From: an uncultured Gemmatimonadota bacterium
GTDB lineage: Bacteria; JAAXHH01
Direction of reading: 5' to 3'
DNA length: 64,000 nucleotides
Assembly: GCA_951812955.1 (NCBI GenBank)
Contig: OX638340.1
Location: forward strand, 1,728,001-1,792,000
In this document: piece after piece, positions 1-10,067 of the stretch
Numbering within the stretch: the first letter of the stretch is position 1
Layout: each line of letters opens with the position of its first letter
Program-made: the position numbers and the translations under genes
Notes under the pieces: generated by a model
The model's input: the letters and a program-made list of their open reading frames with translations, nothing else
Databases searched by the model: none
What the model was told of the DNA's origin: nothing

Positions 1-2
1 TA

Positions 3-599
3 ACTGCTTGGCTTAGACTCACCGAGATAGATGCACAGGATCAGGACTGCGACAGCTACGACGTTGCCAAGTTCAAACAGGTGCTGGCTCAAGTACGCCA
101 CCTCACCCGGACACCGGTCCGTGAGGCTTTAAAAAACGCCAGAACACTTTTAAATGAGGCCGGGGTTGCCTTGTCGTTGGTCAAGCCATTGCCAAAAACA
201 AGGGTGAGTGGCGCTGCATGGTGGGTTTCCCCTAACCGACCCGTTGTTGCGCTGAGCGGGCGTCACAAAACAGATGATCATCTATGGTTCAGCTTGTTTC
301 ACGAAGCAGCACATATCATCCTGCATGGCAAGAAAAACGTGTTTGTCGATAGGGCGAACGGAGGGGCCGATAAAACCGAAAATGAAGCTAACCAGTGGGC
401 GATCAATTTCCTGATTCCGAGTACAGCCTGGAGTGGTTTTGTAGCAAAGAGTAGTTTTCGTAGAAGAGATGTGTGTGATTTTGCTGACGAACACCAAATC
501 TCGCCAGGTATAGTGGTGGGGAGACTCCAGCACACGAAACAGAGAAACTGGAACCACCTTAATACCCTCAAAACACGGTTGCAATGGTCGGACGAGTGA
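3..599 (+). CDS. ImmA/IrrE-family metallopeptidase domain protein (HigA/XRE-like antitoxin C-terminal part). It is 5'-partial: the reading frame is open to the window edge.
   Basis: HEXXH zinc-peptidase motif in FSLFHEAAHIILHG. The same frame stays open from base 3 upstream of the GTG at 81, so the gene starts outside the window. Typical COG2856/ImmA architecture. Confidence 0.6.
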   Translation, partial: TAWLRLTEIDAQDQDCDSYDVAKFKQVLAQVRHLTRTPVREALKNARTLLNEAGVALSLVKPLPKTRVSGAAWWVSPNRPVVALSGRHKTDDHLWFSLFHEAAHIILHGKKNVFVDRANGGADKTENEANQWAINFLIPSTAWSGFVAKSSFRRRDVCDFADEHQISPGIVVGRLQHTKQRNWNHLNTLKTRLQWSDE

Positions 600-718
600 G
601 AGACAGGGGAAACCGCATCCAGATTGTGGTGTTTCAACCGATTGGCTTTCATTCTCAAACCAATGGTCCTCAATGATTAGTCGTAGTCCTGGAATGTGTA
701 AATCAACAAGGAACCAAG

Positions 719-1177
719 GTGATTAATCCTACTGTTCAGACGCAGATGGTCGTCCGTCGGCCGGTCGACGAAGTGTTCAACGCGTTCGTCGACCCCGCCA
801 TCACCACCCGCTTCTGGTTCACCAGGAGCAGCGGTAAGCTGGAGCCGGGTGCGAAGGTCACCTGGGAGTGGGAGATGTACGGAGTTTCTGCGGTTGTCCA
901 AGTAAAGGAAATCGAGCAGCCCTCCAGAATCCTCATCGAATGGGACGAGCCCGCGACGACCGTCGAGTGGCGCTTCACTTCTCTCGGAGCGGAATCGACC
1001 CTCGTACAGATCGCCAACACCGGGTTCCAGGGAACCACAGAGGAGATCGTCGGCATGGCGCTCGATTCCATGGGCGGTTTCTCTCTCGTCCTCGCCGGGC
1101 TCAAGGCATGGCTGGAGCACGGTATTGCCCTGGATCTGGTGGCTGACCGCGATCCGGAACACCACGTTCCTGATTAG
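719..1177 (+). CDS. SRPBCC (Aha1/AHSA1-like) family protein
   Basis: 152-aa protein with the hydrophobic ligand-binding fold signature of SRPBCC/activator-of-Hsp90-ATPase-homolog-like proteins (RFWFTRSSGK...EWRF). Compact ORF in a coding-dense region. Confidence 0.65.
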   Translation: MINPTVQTQMVVRRPVDEVFNAFVDPAITTRFWFTRSSGKLEPGAKVTWEWEMYGVSAVVQVKEIEQPSRILIEWDEPATTVEWRFTSLGAESTLVQIANTGFQGTTEEIVGMALDSMGGFSLVLAGLKAWLEHGIALDLVADRDPEHHVPD

Positions 1178-1490
1178 CCCTACTGTATCGGCGACTACCC
1201 AAACCGAATCTTTACCCCAAAGCCTGATGCCTTGACGGCGGTCGCCGGAACTTCTATACTCCACCGGATGCGAAGACAAGTGCCTCCATGCCCATCCTGC
1301 GGAGGACCGTTGCACCACGTCCGGGGCGTCCGGTATTTCTGCGCGTCCTGCCGGGAAGATTACGGACTATTTCGAAAGCGCGCTCCGTACACGGGTACGC
1401 ATTGCGTCCGGCTTCAGTCACCGGCCCAGGTCAGACAGGCCGAGGAGGAACCGTAGCGGGAACCGTGCCTGACCGTTTCCCACGCTCAAG

Positions 1491-2513
1491 ATGAACTGGT
1501 TAAAGAAGACCTGGGGATGGCTTCGGTGGCTGGCCGCGCTGGGCATCCTCGCCTACCTGTTCTATCTCTACCGGGACCAGTACGCCGATTTCATCCGCCG
1601 CGAAATCGACTTTACCTTTTTGATCATCGGCGTCGTGCTGGCTACGACGGCGACCGTGCTGGCCTTTTTTCGGTGGTATCTCCTGGCCCGGGGCCAAAAG
1701 CTGGTGCTGGGATTCCGCGAGGCCGTCCGCCTGGGCTTTGTCAGCAACCTGTTCAACTACCTGGCGCCCGGGACCGCGGGCGGAGATATCGTCCGCGCCG
1801 TGGGCATCGCGCGGCGTCAAAAGTCGAGGCGGACCGTCGCCGCGGCTACCGTGCTGCTCGACCGGTTGATCGGCATGCTAGCGCTGCTCATCGTCGGATC
1901 GGCGGCTTCCCTGCTAAGCCAGGACCTCTGGCATCACCGGGAGATCATGATCGCCGTCCTGATCTTCTGGGGCGGCGCCTTAGCCGGAATGATCTGCCTG
2001 GTGGTTTCGCTGCAGTCGCGGTTTCTGGAATGGACCCTCTATCAACGGCTTACCCGTCTCCGGTACGCCGGTCCGTTTTTCGCCGAACTGGCCAACAGCC
2101 TGGCGCTATACCAGACGCGGCGCAGCGCGCTGACCGAGGCCCTGCTCATCGGTCTGGCCGGACAGGTCTTCATGTTGTCGGCTTTCTATTGCTGCGCGAT
2201 GGCACTCCTGCCCGGACCGGCCGCGCCGGATTACTGGGTCCATCTGATGCTGATCCCCGCGGCCGAGATCATCGGTACTTTCGCGCCGGTGCCGGGGGGC
2301 GTCGGCGCCCTCGAAGGCGCGGTAATCTATATCTATCACCTCGTCAGCACGACCTCGGATGGATCGGTCACGGGAACGGTCGCACAGGCCACGGGCCTGG
2401 CGGCCGCACTCACGTACCGGATCGTGCGCGTATCCGTCGCAGCCCTGGGCGCCGGGTACTACATGGTATCGGATAGAAGCTGGAGGGAGAGGCTGAACCT
2501 GGAAGGAACCTGA
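1491..2513 (+). CDS. Flippase-like / lysylphosphatidylglycerol-synthase TM-region family (UPF0104) integral membrane protein
   Basis: 340 aa with multiple predicted TM helices. The motif NYLAPGTAGGDIVRA is typical of the LPG_synthase_TM/UPF0104 family. Confidence 0.6.
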   Translation: MNWLKKTWGWLRWLAALGILAYLFYLYRDQYADFIRREIDFTFLIIGVVLATTATVLAFFRWYLLARGQKLVLGFREAVRLGFVSNLFNYLAPGTAGGDIVRAVGIARRQKSRRTVAAATVLLDRLIGMLALLIVGSAASLLSQDLWHHREIMIAVLIFWGGALAGMICLVVSLQSRFLEWTLYQRLTRLRYAGPFFAELANSLALYQTRRSALTEALLIGLAGQVFMLSAFYCCAMALLPGPAAPDYWVHLMLIPAAEIIGTFAPVPGGVGALEGAVIYIYHLVSTTSDGSVTGTVAQATGLAAALTYRIVRVSVAALGAGYYMVSDRSWRERLNLEGT

Positions 2514-2624
2514 CCGTACGGGCACGAAGAAAGTGCCTGGCTTGCCAGGCGCATCCCCGCACCCGGTCAGGGCCGAACTCCGGGTACTTTATTCCCCGGT
2601 GTCCGGCGGTTCATTGCTGTTACT

Positions 2625-5408
2625 TCACGAACAACCGCTCGTCGATCCACATTCCCTGCACACGTAGCAGGAACCGTTGCGGGTCATCAGGCTGCCGCAG
2701 TCCGAACAGGACGGGGCATCGGCCTGGGCGACATAGACCTCGTGTTCCTGGTTCTCCTGCGCGGTCATCGTCTGGTCCATGGCGTTCGAATGCATGGTGG
2801 AATCCATGTCCGTGTCCGCCACGATATCGGAATGACTGTCCTCGGGCAGGAACTTAAACGCGAGCCATCTGAAGATATAATCGGTGATGGACTTTGCGAT
2901 GGGCACGTCCTTGTTTCCGGTCATGCCGGCCGGTTCGAACCGCATGTGGCTGAACTTGCGGATCAGGCTCTCCAGCGGCACGCCGTACTGAAGCGAAACG
3001 GATATGGCCGTGGCGAAAGCATCCATCATGCCGGATACCGTGCTGCCTTCCTTGGACATCCGCAGGAAGATCTCGCCGGGCTGGCGGTCTTCGAAGAGAC
3101 CCACCGTCAGGTAGCCCTCGTGGCCGGCGATGCTGAACTTGTGGGTCACGGCCTCGCGCTCGTCCGGCAGCCGCCGGCGAACGGGCTGGACCTCGGCCGT
3201 CTCTTCGTCCTCCGAGGCCTTGGTGCTGAGCGGCTGGGTGCGCTTCGAGCCGTCGCGGTAGATGGCCAGGGCCTTGAGTCCCAGTTCTCCGCCTTTCATG
3301 TACACGTTCATGACGTCTTCGACCGTCGCCTCGTTAGGGAGGTTGACCGTCTTGGAAATGGCACCGGAAATGAAGGGCTGCGCGGCGGCCATCATCTTCA
3401 CGTGCCCCATGTGGTGGATGGAACGGCTGCCGTTCTCGGCACGAAAGGCGCAGTCGAATACAGGAAGGTGTTCCTGGAGCAGGTGTGGGGCCCCCTCGAT
3501 GGTCCCATTCGCGTCGATGTAGCCGATAATCCGCTCGATCTGCTTCTTCGAGTAGCCCAGCTTCTCCAGGGCCGAAAGTACGGTACGGTTCACGATCTTC
3601 ATCGTGCCACCGCCCACAAGGCGCTTGTACTTCACGAGGGCGATGTCGGGCTCGATGCCCGTCGTGTCGCAGTCCATCATGAAGGCGATGGTACCCGTAG
3701 GCGCCAGTACCGTGGCCTGGCTGTTCTTGTAGCCGTTCTTCCTGCCAAGGGCAAGGGCGTTGTCCCACGCGGTCCGCGCGGCGTCCAGCAGGTTCTTGTC
3801 GACCATCTCCGGCTGAATGTCCTCCACGGCGTCCCGATGTTTCTGCATGACCCGGAGCATGGGGTCGCTGTTCTCCTCGTAACCCGCGAAGGTGCCCAGG
3901 TTTTCGGCGAGTTCGGAGGACCGGAAGTACCCCTGGCCGGTCATCAGCGCCGTGATGGCCCCGGCGTATGCCCTCCCGCCATCGCTGTCGTAGGGCAGCC
4001 CCATGGCCATGAGCAGCGCGCCGAGGTTGGCGTACCCCAGGCCGAGCTGCCGGAAGGCGCTGGCGTTCTCCCCGATCTTTTCGGTAGGGTAGCTCGCGTT
4101 GTCGACGATGATGTCCTGCGCCATGATCATGATATTGACGGTGTGGATGAATCCCACCACGTCAAAGGTGCCGTCATTGGTCAAATACTTGAGCAGGTTG
4201 ATCGAGGCCAGGTTGCACGCGCTGTTGTCGAGGTGCATGTACTCGGAACAGGGGTTGCTGGCGTTGATACGGTCCGTGTTGGCGCAGGTGTGCCAGTCGT
4301 TGATGGTCGTATCGTACTGCATGCCGGGGTCGCCGCACTGCCACGCCGCCTCCGCGATCCACTCCATGATCTCCTTCGCCCGGAGGCTTTCCACCGGTTT
4401 TTTCGTCGTGATCGACTGAAGCGCCCACTCGCCGTCCTCTTCCACGGCGTCAAGGAATGAATCGGTCACCCGGACGGAGTTATTGGCGTTCTGAAACTGG
4501 ATGGAGCTCCATGCGTCGCCGTTCAGCGTCATGTCCCACCCGGCGTCGCCGAGGGCGTAGGCCTTGCGCTCCTCGTTGGCCTTGCACCAGATAAACTCCA
4601 CCACGTCGGGGTGATCGATGTCCAGGACGACCATCTTGGCGGCCCGCCGCGTCTTGCCCCCAGACTTGATGGAACCGGCCACCGAATCGGCCGCTCGCAT
4701 GAAGGAGACCGGTCCGGAGGCCTGCCCGCCGGCTGAAAGTATCTCCTTCGAGGACCGGATGCGCGACAGGTTGACGCCCGCGCCGGAACCACCCTTGAAG
4801 ATCATGCCTTCCACCTTGCACCATTCCAGGATCGACTCCATCGAATCTTCCACCGAGAGGATAAAACACGCTGAACACTGGGGCGTGTCCTCGACGCCCA
4901 CGTTGAACCAGACCGGACTGTTGAATGTGGCGCGCTGGTGGAGGATGATGGATTTAAGCTCGTTGTGAAAGGCGTCTGCGTCCTCTTCCGACGCGAAGTA
5001 ACCCTGCGCCCGTCCCCAACTGGCGATCGTATCCGCCACGCGGTCGATCATGTGCTTCACGCTGTTCTCGCGCTGCGGGGTACCCAGGGGTCCGCGGAAG
5101 TACTTTGACGCAACGACGTTGGTGGCCAACTGCGACCAGGCCGCGGGAAACTCCATGTCCTTCTGTTCGAAGACGACTTCGCCGCCGTCCCCCGAGATGG
5201 TGGCCGTGCGCTTTTCCCACTCCACGCCGTCGTAGGGGTCCACGCCCGGATTGCTGAACAAACGCTCGACAGCCAGTCCTCCTTCGACAAGCGGCGCGTT
5301 GGCGGTGGACGCGTCATCGACGGACACGTCGGCGGTGGATTCCTCCGTCTCCTCCATCAAGAGATCGGGATTATCCTTTGATTTCAGTCCAATATTCTCT
5401 GTAGCCAT
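2625..5408 (-). CDS. nrdJ: Class II (adenosylcobalamin-dependent) ribonucleoside-diphosphate reductase NrdJ
   Basis: 927 aa. Active-site region NPCSEYMHLDNSACNLASINL and the overall class II RNR architecture. C-terminal Cys4 zinc ribbon (CSDCGS...CYVCRECG). The repressor gene nrdR lies immediately upstream. Confidence 0.95.
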   Translation of the reverse strand: MATENIGLKSKDNPDLLMEETEESTADVSVDDASTANAPLVEGGLAVERLFSNPGVDPYDGVEWEKRTATISGDGGEVVFEQKDMEFPAAWSQLATNVVASKYFRGPLGTPQRENSVKHMIDRVADTIASWGRAQGYFASEEDADAFHNELKSIILHQRATFNSPVWFNVGVEDTPQCSACFILSVEDSMESILEWCKVEGMIFKGGSGAGVNLSRIRSSKEILSAGGQASGPVSFMRAADSVAGSIKSGGKTRRAAKMVVLDIDHPDVVEFIWCKANEERKAYALGDAGWDMTLNGDAWSSIQFQNANNSVRVTDSFLDAVEEDGEWALQSITTKKPVESLRAKEIMEWIAEAAWQCGDPGMQYDTTINDWHTCANTDRINASNPCSEYMHLDNSACNLASINLLKYLTNDGTFDVVGFIHTVNIMIMAQDIIVDNASYPTEKIGENASAFRQLGLGYANLGALLMAMGLPYDSDGGRAYAGAITALMTGQGYFRSSELAENLGTFAGYEENSDPMLRVMQKHRDAVEDIQPEMVDKNLLDAARTAWDNALALGRKNGYKNSQATVLAPTGTIAFMMDCDTTGIEPDIALVKYKRLVGGGTMKIVNRTVLSALEKLGYSKKQIERIIGYIDANGTIEGAPHLLQEHLPVFDCAFRAENGSRSIHHMGHVKMMAAAQPFISGAISKTVNLPNEATVEDVMNVYMKGGELGLKALAIYRDGSKRTQPLSTKASEDEETAEVQPVRRRLPDEREAVTHKFSIAGHEGYLTVGLFEDRQPGEIFLRMSKEGSTVSGMMDAFATAISVSLQYGVPLESLIRKFSHMRFEPAGMTGNKDVPIAKSITDYIFRWLAFKFLPEDSHSDIVADTDMDSTMHSNAMDQTMTAQENQEHEVYVAQADAPSCSDCGSLMTRNGSCYVCRECGSTSGCS

Positions 5409-5450
5409 ACGTGCCCCCTGGAATCGTCTTTCACCATCTGCGACTGGTAT

Positions 5451-5497
5451 CTGATACGGTCAAACTCTGATACGGTCAAACTCTGATACGGTCGAAC
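5451..5497. repeat. Tandem direct repeat, 16-bp unit CTGATACGGTCAAACT x about 2.9, in the nrdJ leader
   Basis: Copies at 5451-5466 and 5467-5482, and a degenerate copy at 5483-5497, read directly from the sequence. Confidence 0.8.
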
Positions 5498-5514
5498 GAT
5501 GTGTTAATCAAATT

Positions 5515-5554
5515 ACAAAAAACCGATGCCTGGTCCATATGATTGAACCAGGCA
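5515..5554 (-). terminator. Rho-independent terminator of nrdR
   Basis: Inverted repeat TGCCTGGT(12-nt loop)ACCAGGCA at 5527-5554. On the minus strand it is followed by TCGGTTTTTTG (the complement of CAAAAAACCGA at 5515-5526). It sits 15 nt past the nrdR stop. Confidence 0.7.
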
Positions 5555-5568
5555 CAAGTAAACGCTAA

Positions 5569-6060
5569 CTAGTTCTGATCGGGTTGGTCCTTGACGACCG
5601 AGGCCAGCTCCTGCTTTTCCAGCTGTTCGAGCTCTTCCTGAAACTCGCTCCGGTCCTTGAAATCCCGGTAGACCGAGGCGAAACGCACGTAGGCCACTTC
5701 ATCGATCTTGCGCAGTTCGCGAATGATGAATTCGCCGATCTTGTCGGAAGAGACCTCGCGGTCGCTCAGGTTGCTGACGTAGTATACCACCCGGTCCACG
5801 AGTTCGTGCAACTGATCGGCGGAAATCATGCGTTTCGTGCAGGCCAGCTTCAGTCCGTGCATGATCTTTGCGCGGTCGAAGACCTCCCGGCGGCCATCGG
5901 ACTTCACCACCATCAGTTCCTCTTCCTCGATGGCTTCATAGGTCGTAAACCGCTTGGTGCAGGAAAGGCACTCGCGCCGCCTGCGGATGGTTCTTCCACT
6001 TTGAATTGTGCGTGAGTCAACAACGTGGCTGTTCAACGTGCCACACGCCGGACATCGCAT
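5569..6060 (-). CDS. nrdR: Transcriptional repressor NrdR
   Basis: N-terminal zinc ribbon MRCPACG...C..C followed by an ATP-cone domain, a canonical NrdR sequence, located directly upstream of nrdJ. Confidence 0.95.
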   Translation of the reverse strand: MRCPACGTLNSHVVDSRTIQSGRTIRRRRECLSCTKRFTTYEAIEEEELMVVKSDGRREVFDRAKIMHGLKLACTKRMISADQLHELVDRVVYYVSNLSDREVSSDKIGEFIIRELRKIDEVAYVRFASVYRDFKDRSEFQEELEQLEKQELASVVKDQPDQN

Positions 6061-6250
6061 CGCGGCGGCCCTCCACCTTACCTAATTTGTTGAGATTTAT
6101 TGATTAAGAATCACTACTTGTTGTGGTGTTCAAACACGTAACAAACAAGATATTGTATAGATTGCGAAGTCGCAAGTATCTTTTGAAACTTTTTTGATTT
6201 ACCGGTGGGTAACCTTCATAGCTACATAATATGTGACCATCATGACCAAT

Positions 6251-6287
6251 AAAAACGCCCCTCGGCAGGTGATGCGGAGGGGCGTGT
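6251..6287 (-). terminator. Rho-independent terminator of the outer-membrane beta-barrel gene
   Basis: Stem ACGCCCCTC/GAGGGGCGT at 6255-6286. On the minus strand it is followed by a T-run (complement of AAAAA at 6251-6255). It sits 58 nt past the gene stop. Confidence 0.7.
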
Positions 6288-6344
6288 ACAAGCAGTGTTC
6301 CTGAATCTAAAAACGTAATCGCGTAATGTCAACTCACCACGATG

Positions 6345-6905
6345 CTAGGGACTGAACACGATAGATACGGTGATCGGAATCCACTTTGTGGCCTCGATTT
6401 CCGTCGCCGCGTGATTGTATCGCGCATCAATGGCCACGCCGATTGACGGATTGATGGGAATTAGAACCCCTCCACCTACTGTAAAGCTTAAAACAGTCTC
6501 GGTGTTACTGACAGATAGGGACCCGCTAGAAACATTACCTTTGTTTCGCGTAATCCCTATACCTCCCTGCCCATACACACCAACGGGGGAAGAAGAACGC
6601 AGCATTATTCCAAGGTTCGCACCGGTGAGTGTTACATCTGCGTCTACTCCCAAGGATGTTAGCTCTTCTGCCGCACCATATTTGCTGTAGTGGCCATCCA
6701 ATACCGCATGCAAGTTTTGATAAACCGGCAAAGACACTCCGCCGCGAATCGCCAGTCCGTTGTTAACATCTTCGGCGTCAATGGGTATACCCAGTCCGCC
6801 TCCTACCGTAAACGACGGCGACATTTCCTGGGCATGTACAGTTTCAAGTGTGGATATCGACACGAGAACAACCGCTGCCAACAATGAGAGTGCTGCCTTT
6901 CGCAT
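6345..6905 (-). CDS. Outer-membrane beta-barrel (OmpW/OmpA-like porin-family) protein with signal peptide
   Basis: The likely true start is the ATG at 6905, preceded by GGAG, giving the signal peptide MRKAALSLLAAVVLVSISTLETVHAQE. Alternating hydrophobic beta-strand pattern with Gly-rich turns. The 53-codon N-terminal extension in the ORF track lacks an RBS. Confidence 0.55.
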   Translation of the reverse strand: MRKAALSLLAAVVLVSISTLETVHAQEMSPSFTVGGGLGIPIDAEDVNNGLAIRGGVSLPVYQNLHAVLDGHYSKYGAAEELTSLGVDADVTLTGANLGIMLRSSSPVGVYGQGGIGITRNKGNVSSGSLSVSNTETVLSFTVGGGVLIPINPSIGVAIDARYNHAATEIEATKWIPITVSIVFSP

Positions 6906-7364
6906 GAGACTGCTCCTTGATGAAGAAATACAGAGTTGAAAGAGAAACTTAAGGAACCTCTGATAATTACCAAATTGTTTGATCATGAGGAATGTTATGA
7001 GTCCTGTGGAACTTACATACAATAACCTACAACGCAAGTACTTTCTACTCCTACATGTGATCATAATGAGAGGTAAATCACAAATATGTGACTATTATGT
7101 GAACTTTCCATATGGGTCTTTTATCAACCCGTTTGTCCGATCGTGAGGTATGATCTGCGTCTGTTTGGAGGGCGATCATGATTGAGTGGTTTCATTTTGG
7201 TTGCTTGTGATGGAGTCTTCGGCCCCATGAGAGCGAACAACACGTCCCGGAGCAATACTACATTACAGACGTAGGAGCAACAACAGATGAAGGATCAACG
7301 GTCCATTAAAACAACTGCGAACTGGCTCTGTTATGTGACATCCGGAATAACTGTAATCTTGACA

Positions 7365-9800
7365 CTACTCCGTCCGCAACGACTCGACCGGGTTCGCGGT
7401 AGCGGCCCGCACGGCCTGGAAGCCCACGGTGAGTAGGGCGATCGCCATGGCCAGGAAGCCGGCGAGGATAAAGGTCGTCCAGCCCAGCTCGACGCGGTAG
7501 GCGAAGCCATCAAGCCAGTTGTTCATTGCGGCGTATGCGACGGGCCAGGCCAGCACATTGGCCACGATTACGAGCCGGAGGAATTCGCTGGACAACATCC
7601 CGAAGACGTTGGGGATGGATGCCCCGAGGACCTTGCGGACCCCGATTTCCTTCCTGCGCCGTTCAGCGGTGAAGGAAGAAAGGCCGACGAGACCCAGGCA
7701 GGCGATGATGACTGCAAGGGCGGCGAAGCTGACGAATATCCTGCCGAACCGCTGTTCGGCGGCGAATAGGCGCGCGAAGGTGTCTTCCACGAAGAAATAC
7801 TCAAAAGCGAAATCTGGATTGACTTCCTTCCACGCCTCTTCGACAAAAGCTATGCCTTCCATCAGGTTTTCCGAGTCGATTTTGATGAGCGCGTGACCAC
7901 CCTCGTTATCCGGGAAGAGTACCAGGGGTTCGATGGGCTCATGTAATGACCTGAAATGGAAATCCCGCATCACGCCGACGACCTCGCGCGGAACCTGGTC
8001 ATCCTTCTCGTATCCGTGCCGGCGTTCATGAAGCCAGAGGATCGTCTTGCCCACCGCATATTCCGCCGAGTCGAAACCCAGTCTTGCAGCGGCTGCCTCG
8101 TTCATGACCACCGCGCCGGTTCGCGTCCAGTCGCCGGGGAACGCGCGATCGAAATATCTGCCCGCGATCAAATCGATTTCGAAGATGTCGATGTAATCCT
8201 CGTCCGTCCAGGCCGCGTGCATTTCGTATTTTGACGCGGAGCTGTCTTCCGGCCTGCTTACCGCGAGCGGGATTACCGCGTTCTTGTGACCGGGCAGGAT
8301 ATAGGCCAGGGTGGCTTTCACCACGTGCGGGCTTTCCATGATGCGCGCCTTGAATACAGGTGACGTTTCCATAACCGGGATAAAGGTCAACGGAATCGCG
8401 ACAACCTGGTCCGTATTGAGTCCCATGTTCTTCGCGCGGATGTATTCGACCTGGTTGAAGACGACACCGGTAGAAATGATCAGGGCGATCGATATGGCGA
8501 ACTGGCCCACGACCAGGATCCTGCGCATGTCCGCGTTGCCGGCTCCGGTTATCAGCGAGCCCTTCAGGGTTTGAATCGGCGCAAGTCCCGAAAGGTAGAG
8601 CGCGGGATAGCTTCCCGAAGCAAAGCCGACCGCGATTCCGATCACCACCACGGCACCCAGGGTGAACCATATCGTGTCCCCATCCAGCGCCATGGATTTG
8701 CCCGTCAACAGGTTGAACCACCGCAGGCTCACCACGGCGAACACGAGGGCAAGACAGACCGCCAACCCGCTCATGATCATGGACTCGCTGATGAATTGCC
8801 GCATTACCTGTCCCCGGCCGGCGCCGAAGACCTTTCTCAGGCCGATTTCCCTGGCACGGCCGGCGGATCTGGCCGTGGCCAGGTTCATGAAGTTGATACA
8901 CGCGATGACGATGATGAATACGGCGATGGCGGTGAAAAGCCAGATGTACGCGATATCGCTGTTCGGGGTAATCTCCCTTTCGAGATGGGAATGGAGATGG
9001 ATATCTGTGAGCGGCTGCAACTTGAGCGTCAGGGATTCTTCCTCGTTGCGGTACCGGTCGCCCAGGTACTTCTCCACAAAAGCGGGTAGCTTGGCCTCCA
9101 ACTCGGTCGGGTCGCTGCCCTCTCGCAACAGGAGATAGCTGTAGGACGCGCGCCAGCCGAACTCGTCGATGGGTAATTCCAGATAGGCCTCCTGGATCCG
9201 GAATGACGCGAGGATGTCGAATCCCAGGTGCGAATTCGCGGGCAGATCCTCCATCACTCCGGTCACCTCCAGATGAAACGACCCTTCGGCATCCAGAATC
9301 TTCCCCATGGGATTCTCGTCGCCGAAGTACTTTCGCGCGACGGATTCGGACAGCACCACCTTGTCGTTGCCATCCAGCGCCGTCCGGGGATTGCCCGTCA
9401 AAAGGGGCACATTGAAGACGTTGAAGACCGAACTGTCGGCCAGATAGAACGCTCGCTCGTAGAACCCCTTGTCGCCGTACTTGACCATCCAGGCGTTACC
9501 CGGAGGCACGAAACGGACCATGTCTTCCACTTCGGGAAAGTCTGCCCGGATGAACTTGGCTATCGGGATCAGTACATCGGCGTTTTGCGAGACCTGGTTC
9601 CCCTGCCGATGCTCCGCGGTCACGCGGTATATACGGTCCGCCTTGTCATGGAACCGGTCGTAGCTCAACTCGTCGCGGATGTACAGCAGGATGAGGAGAC
9701 AGCAAGCGATCCCGAGCGCCAGGCTCATGACGTTGATGAACGAATAGCCCTTCTGGCGGTTCAGGTGGCGGAGAGCCACCGTGAAGTAGTTGCGGAACAT
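7365..9800 (-). CDS. ABC transporter permease, FtsX/MacB-like with duplicated FtsX (DUF214) domains
   Basis: 811 aa. The N-terminal MacB-like periplasmic domain and two 4-TM FtsX-type modules are the typical architecture of lipoprotein-release/antimicrobial-peptide-type ABC permeases. Confidence 0.9.
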   Translation of the reverse strand: MFRNYFTVALRHLNRQKGYSFINVMSLALGIACCLLILLYIRDELSYDRFHDKADRIYRVTAEHRQGNQVSQNADVLIPIAKFIRADFPEVEDMVRFVPPGNAWMVKYGDKGFYERAFYLADSSVFNVFNVPLLTGNPRTALDGNDKVVLSESVARKYFGDENPMGKILDAEGSFHLEVTGVMEDLPANSHLGFDILASFRIQEAYLELPIDEFGWRASYSYLLLREGSDPTELEAKLPAFVEKYLGDRYRNEEESLTLKLQPLTDIHLHSHLEREITPNSDIAYIWLFTAIAVFIIVIACINFMNLATARSAGRAREIGLRKVFGAGRGQVMRQFISESMIMSGLAVCLALVFAVVSLRWFNLLTGKSMALDGDTIWFTLGAVVVIGIAVGFASGSYPALYLSGLAPIQTLKGSLITGAGNADMRRILVVGQFAISIALIISTGVVFNQVEYIRAKNMGLNTDQVVAIPLTFIPVMETSPVFKARIMESPHVVKATLAYILPGHKNAVIPLAVSRPEDSSASKYEMHAAWTDEDYIDIFEIDLIAGRYFDRAFPGDWTRTGAVVMNEAAAARLGFDSAEYAVGKTILWLHERRHGYEKDDQVPREVVGVMRDFHFRSLHEPIEPLVLFPDNEGGHALIKIDSENLMEGIAFVEEAWKEVNPDFAFEYFFVEDTFARLFAAEQRFGRIFVSFAALAVIIACLGLVGLSSFTAERRRKEIGVRKVLGASIPNVFGMLSSEFLRLVIVANVLAWPVAYAAMNNWLDGFAYRVELGWTTFILAGFLAMAIALLTVGFQAVRAATANPVESLRTE

Positions 9801-10067
9801 GGAAACCTCTGCACCGAGTTATGGGCTAACTAAGCCGGCCTGCAAATCGAAAAGTCTGCGTTTCGGAGTCTGCTTCAAGGACCCGTTATACCCCCGTAAG
9901 GGATGCACCGGGCCCTGATTCATCGTCCTTCGGGCCGCACTTCCCTATTATACTCCCTTTACGGATTCAACACCCGTATATTCTAGTATCCATGCCCCTT
10001 GTTTCAATGGCCCGAAATCTATGTTCATTTCCAATAATTTGATCGCGATGCCATCGGACGCCTATCC

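Noticed and set aside
2514-2624. Possible terminator hairpin GCCTGGCTTGCCAGGC between the flippase-like gene and nrdJ
   Set aside because: The stem is short and not followed by a T-run on either strand, so it was not called.
2742-4460. 572-aa + strand ORF inside nrdJ, and many similar long ORFs overlapping known genes (e.g. 8026..8901, 10025..11119, 13089..14306, 24245..25084, 36181..37182)
   Set aside because: They are antisense or out-of-frame readthrough typical of high-G+C DNA. Each overlaps a gene with clear family motifs on the other strand or frame.
5409-5568. Cobalamin riboswitch or canonical NrdR boxes upstream of nrdJ
   Set aside because: The leader is only about 160 nt and lacks the B12-box. 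The repeats present are direct, not the palindromic 16-bp NrdR-box pairs, so neither could be supported by eye.
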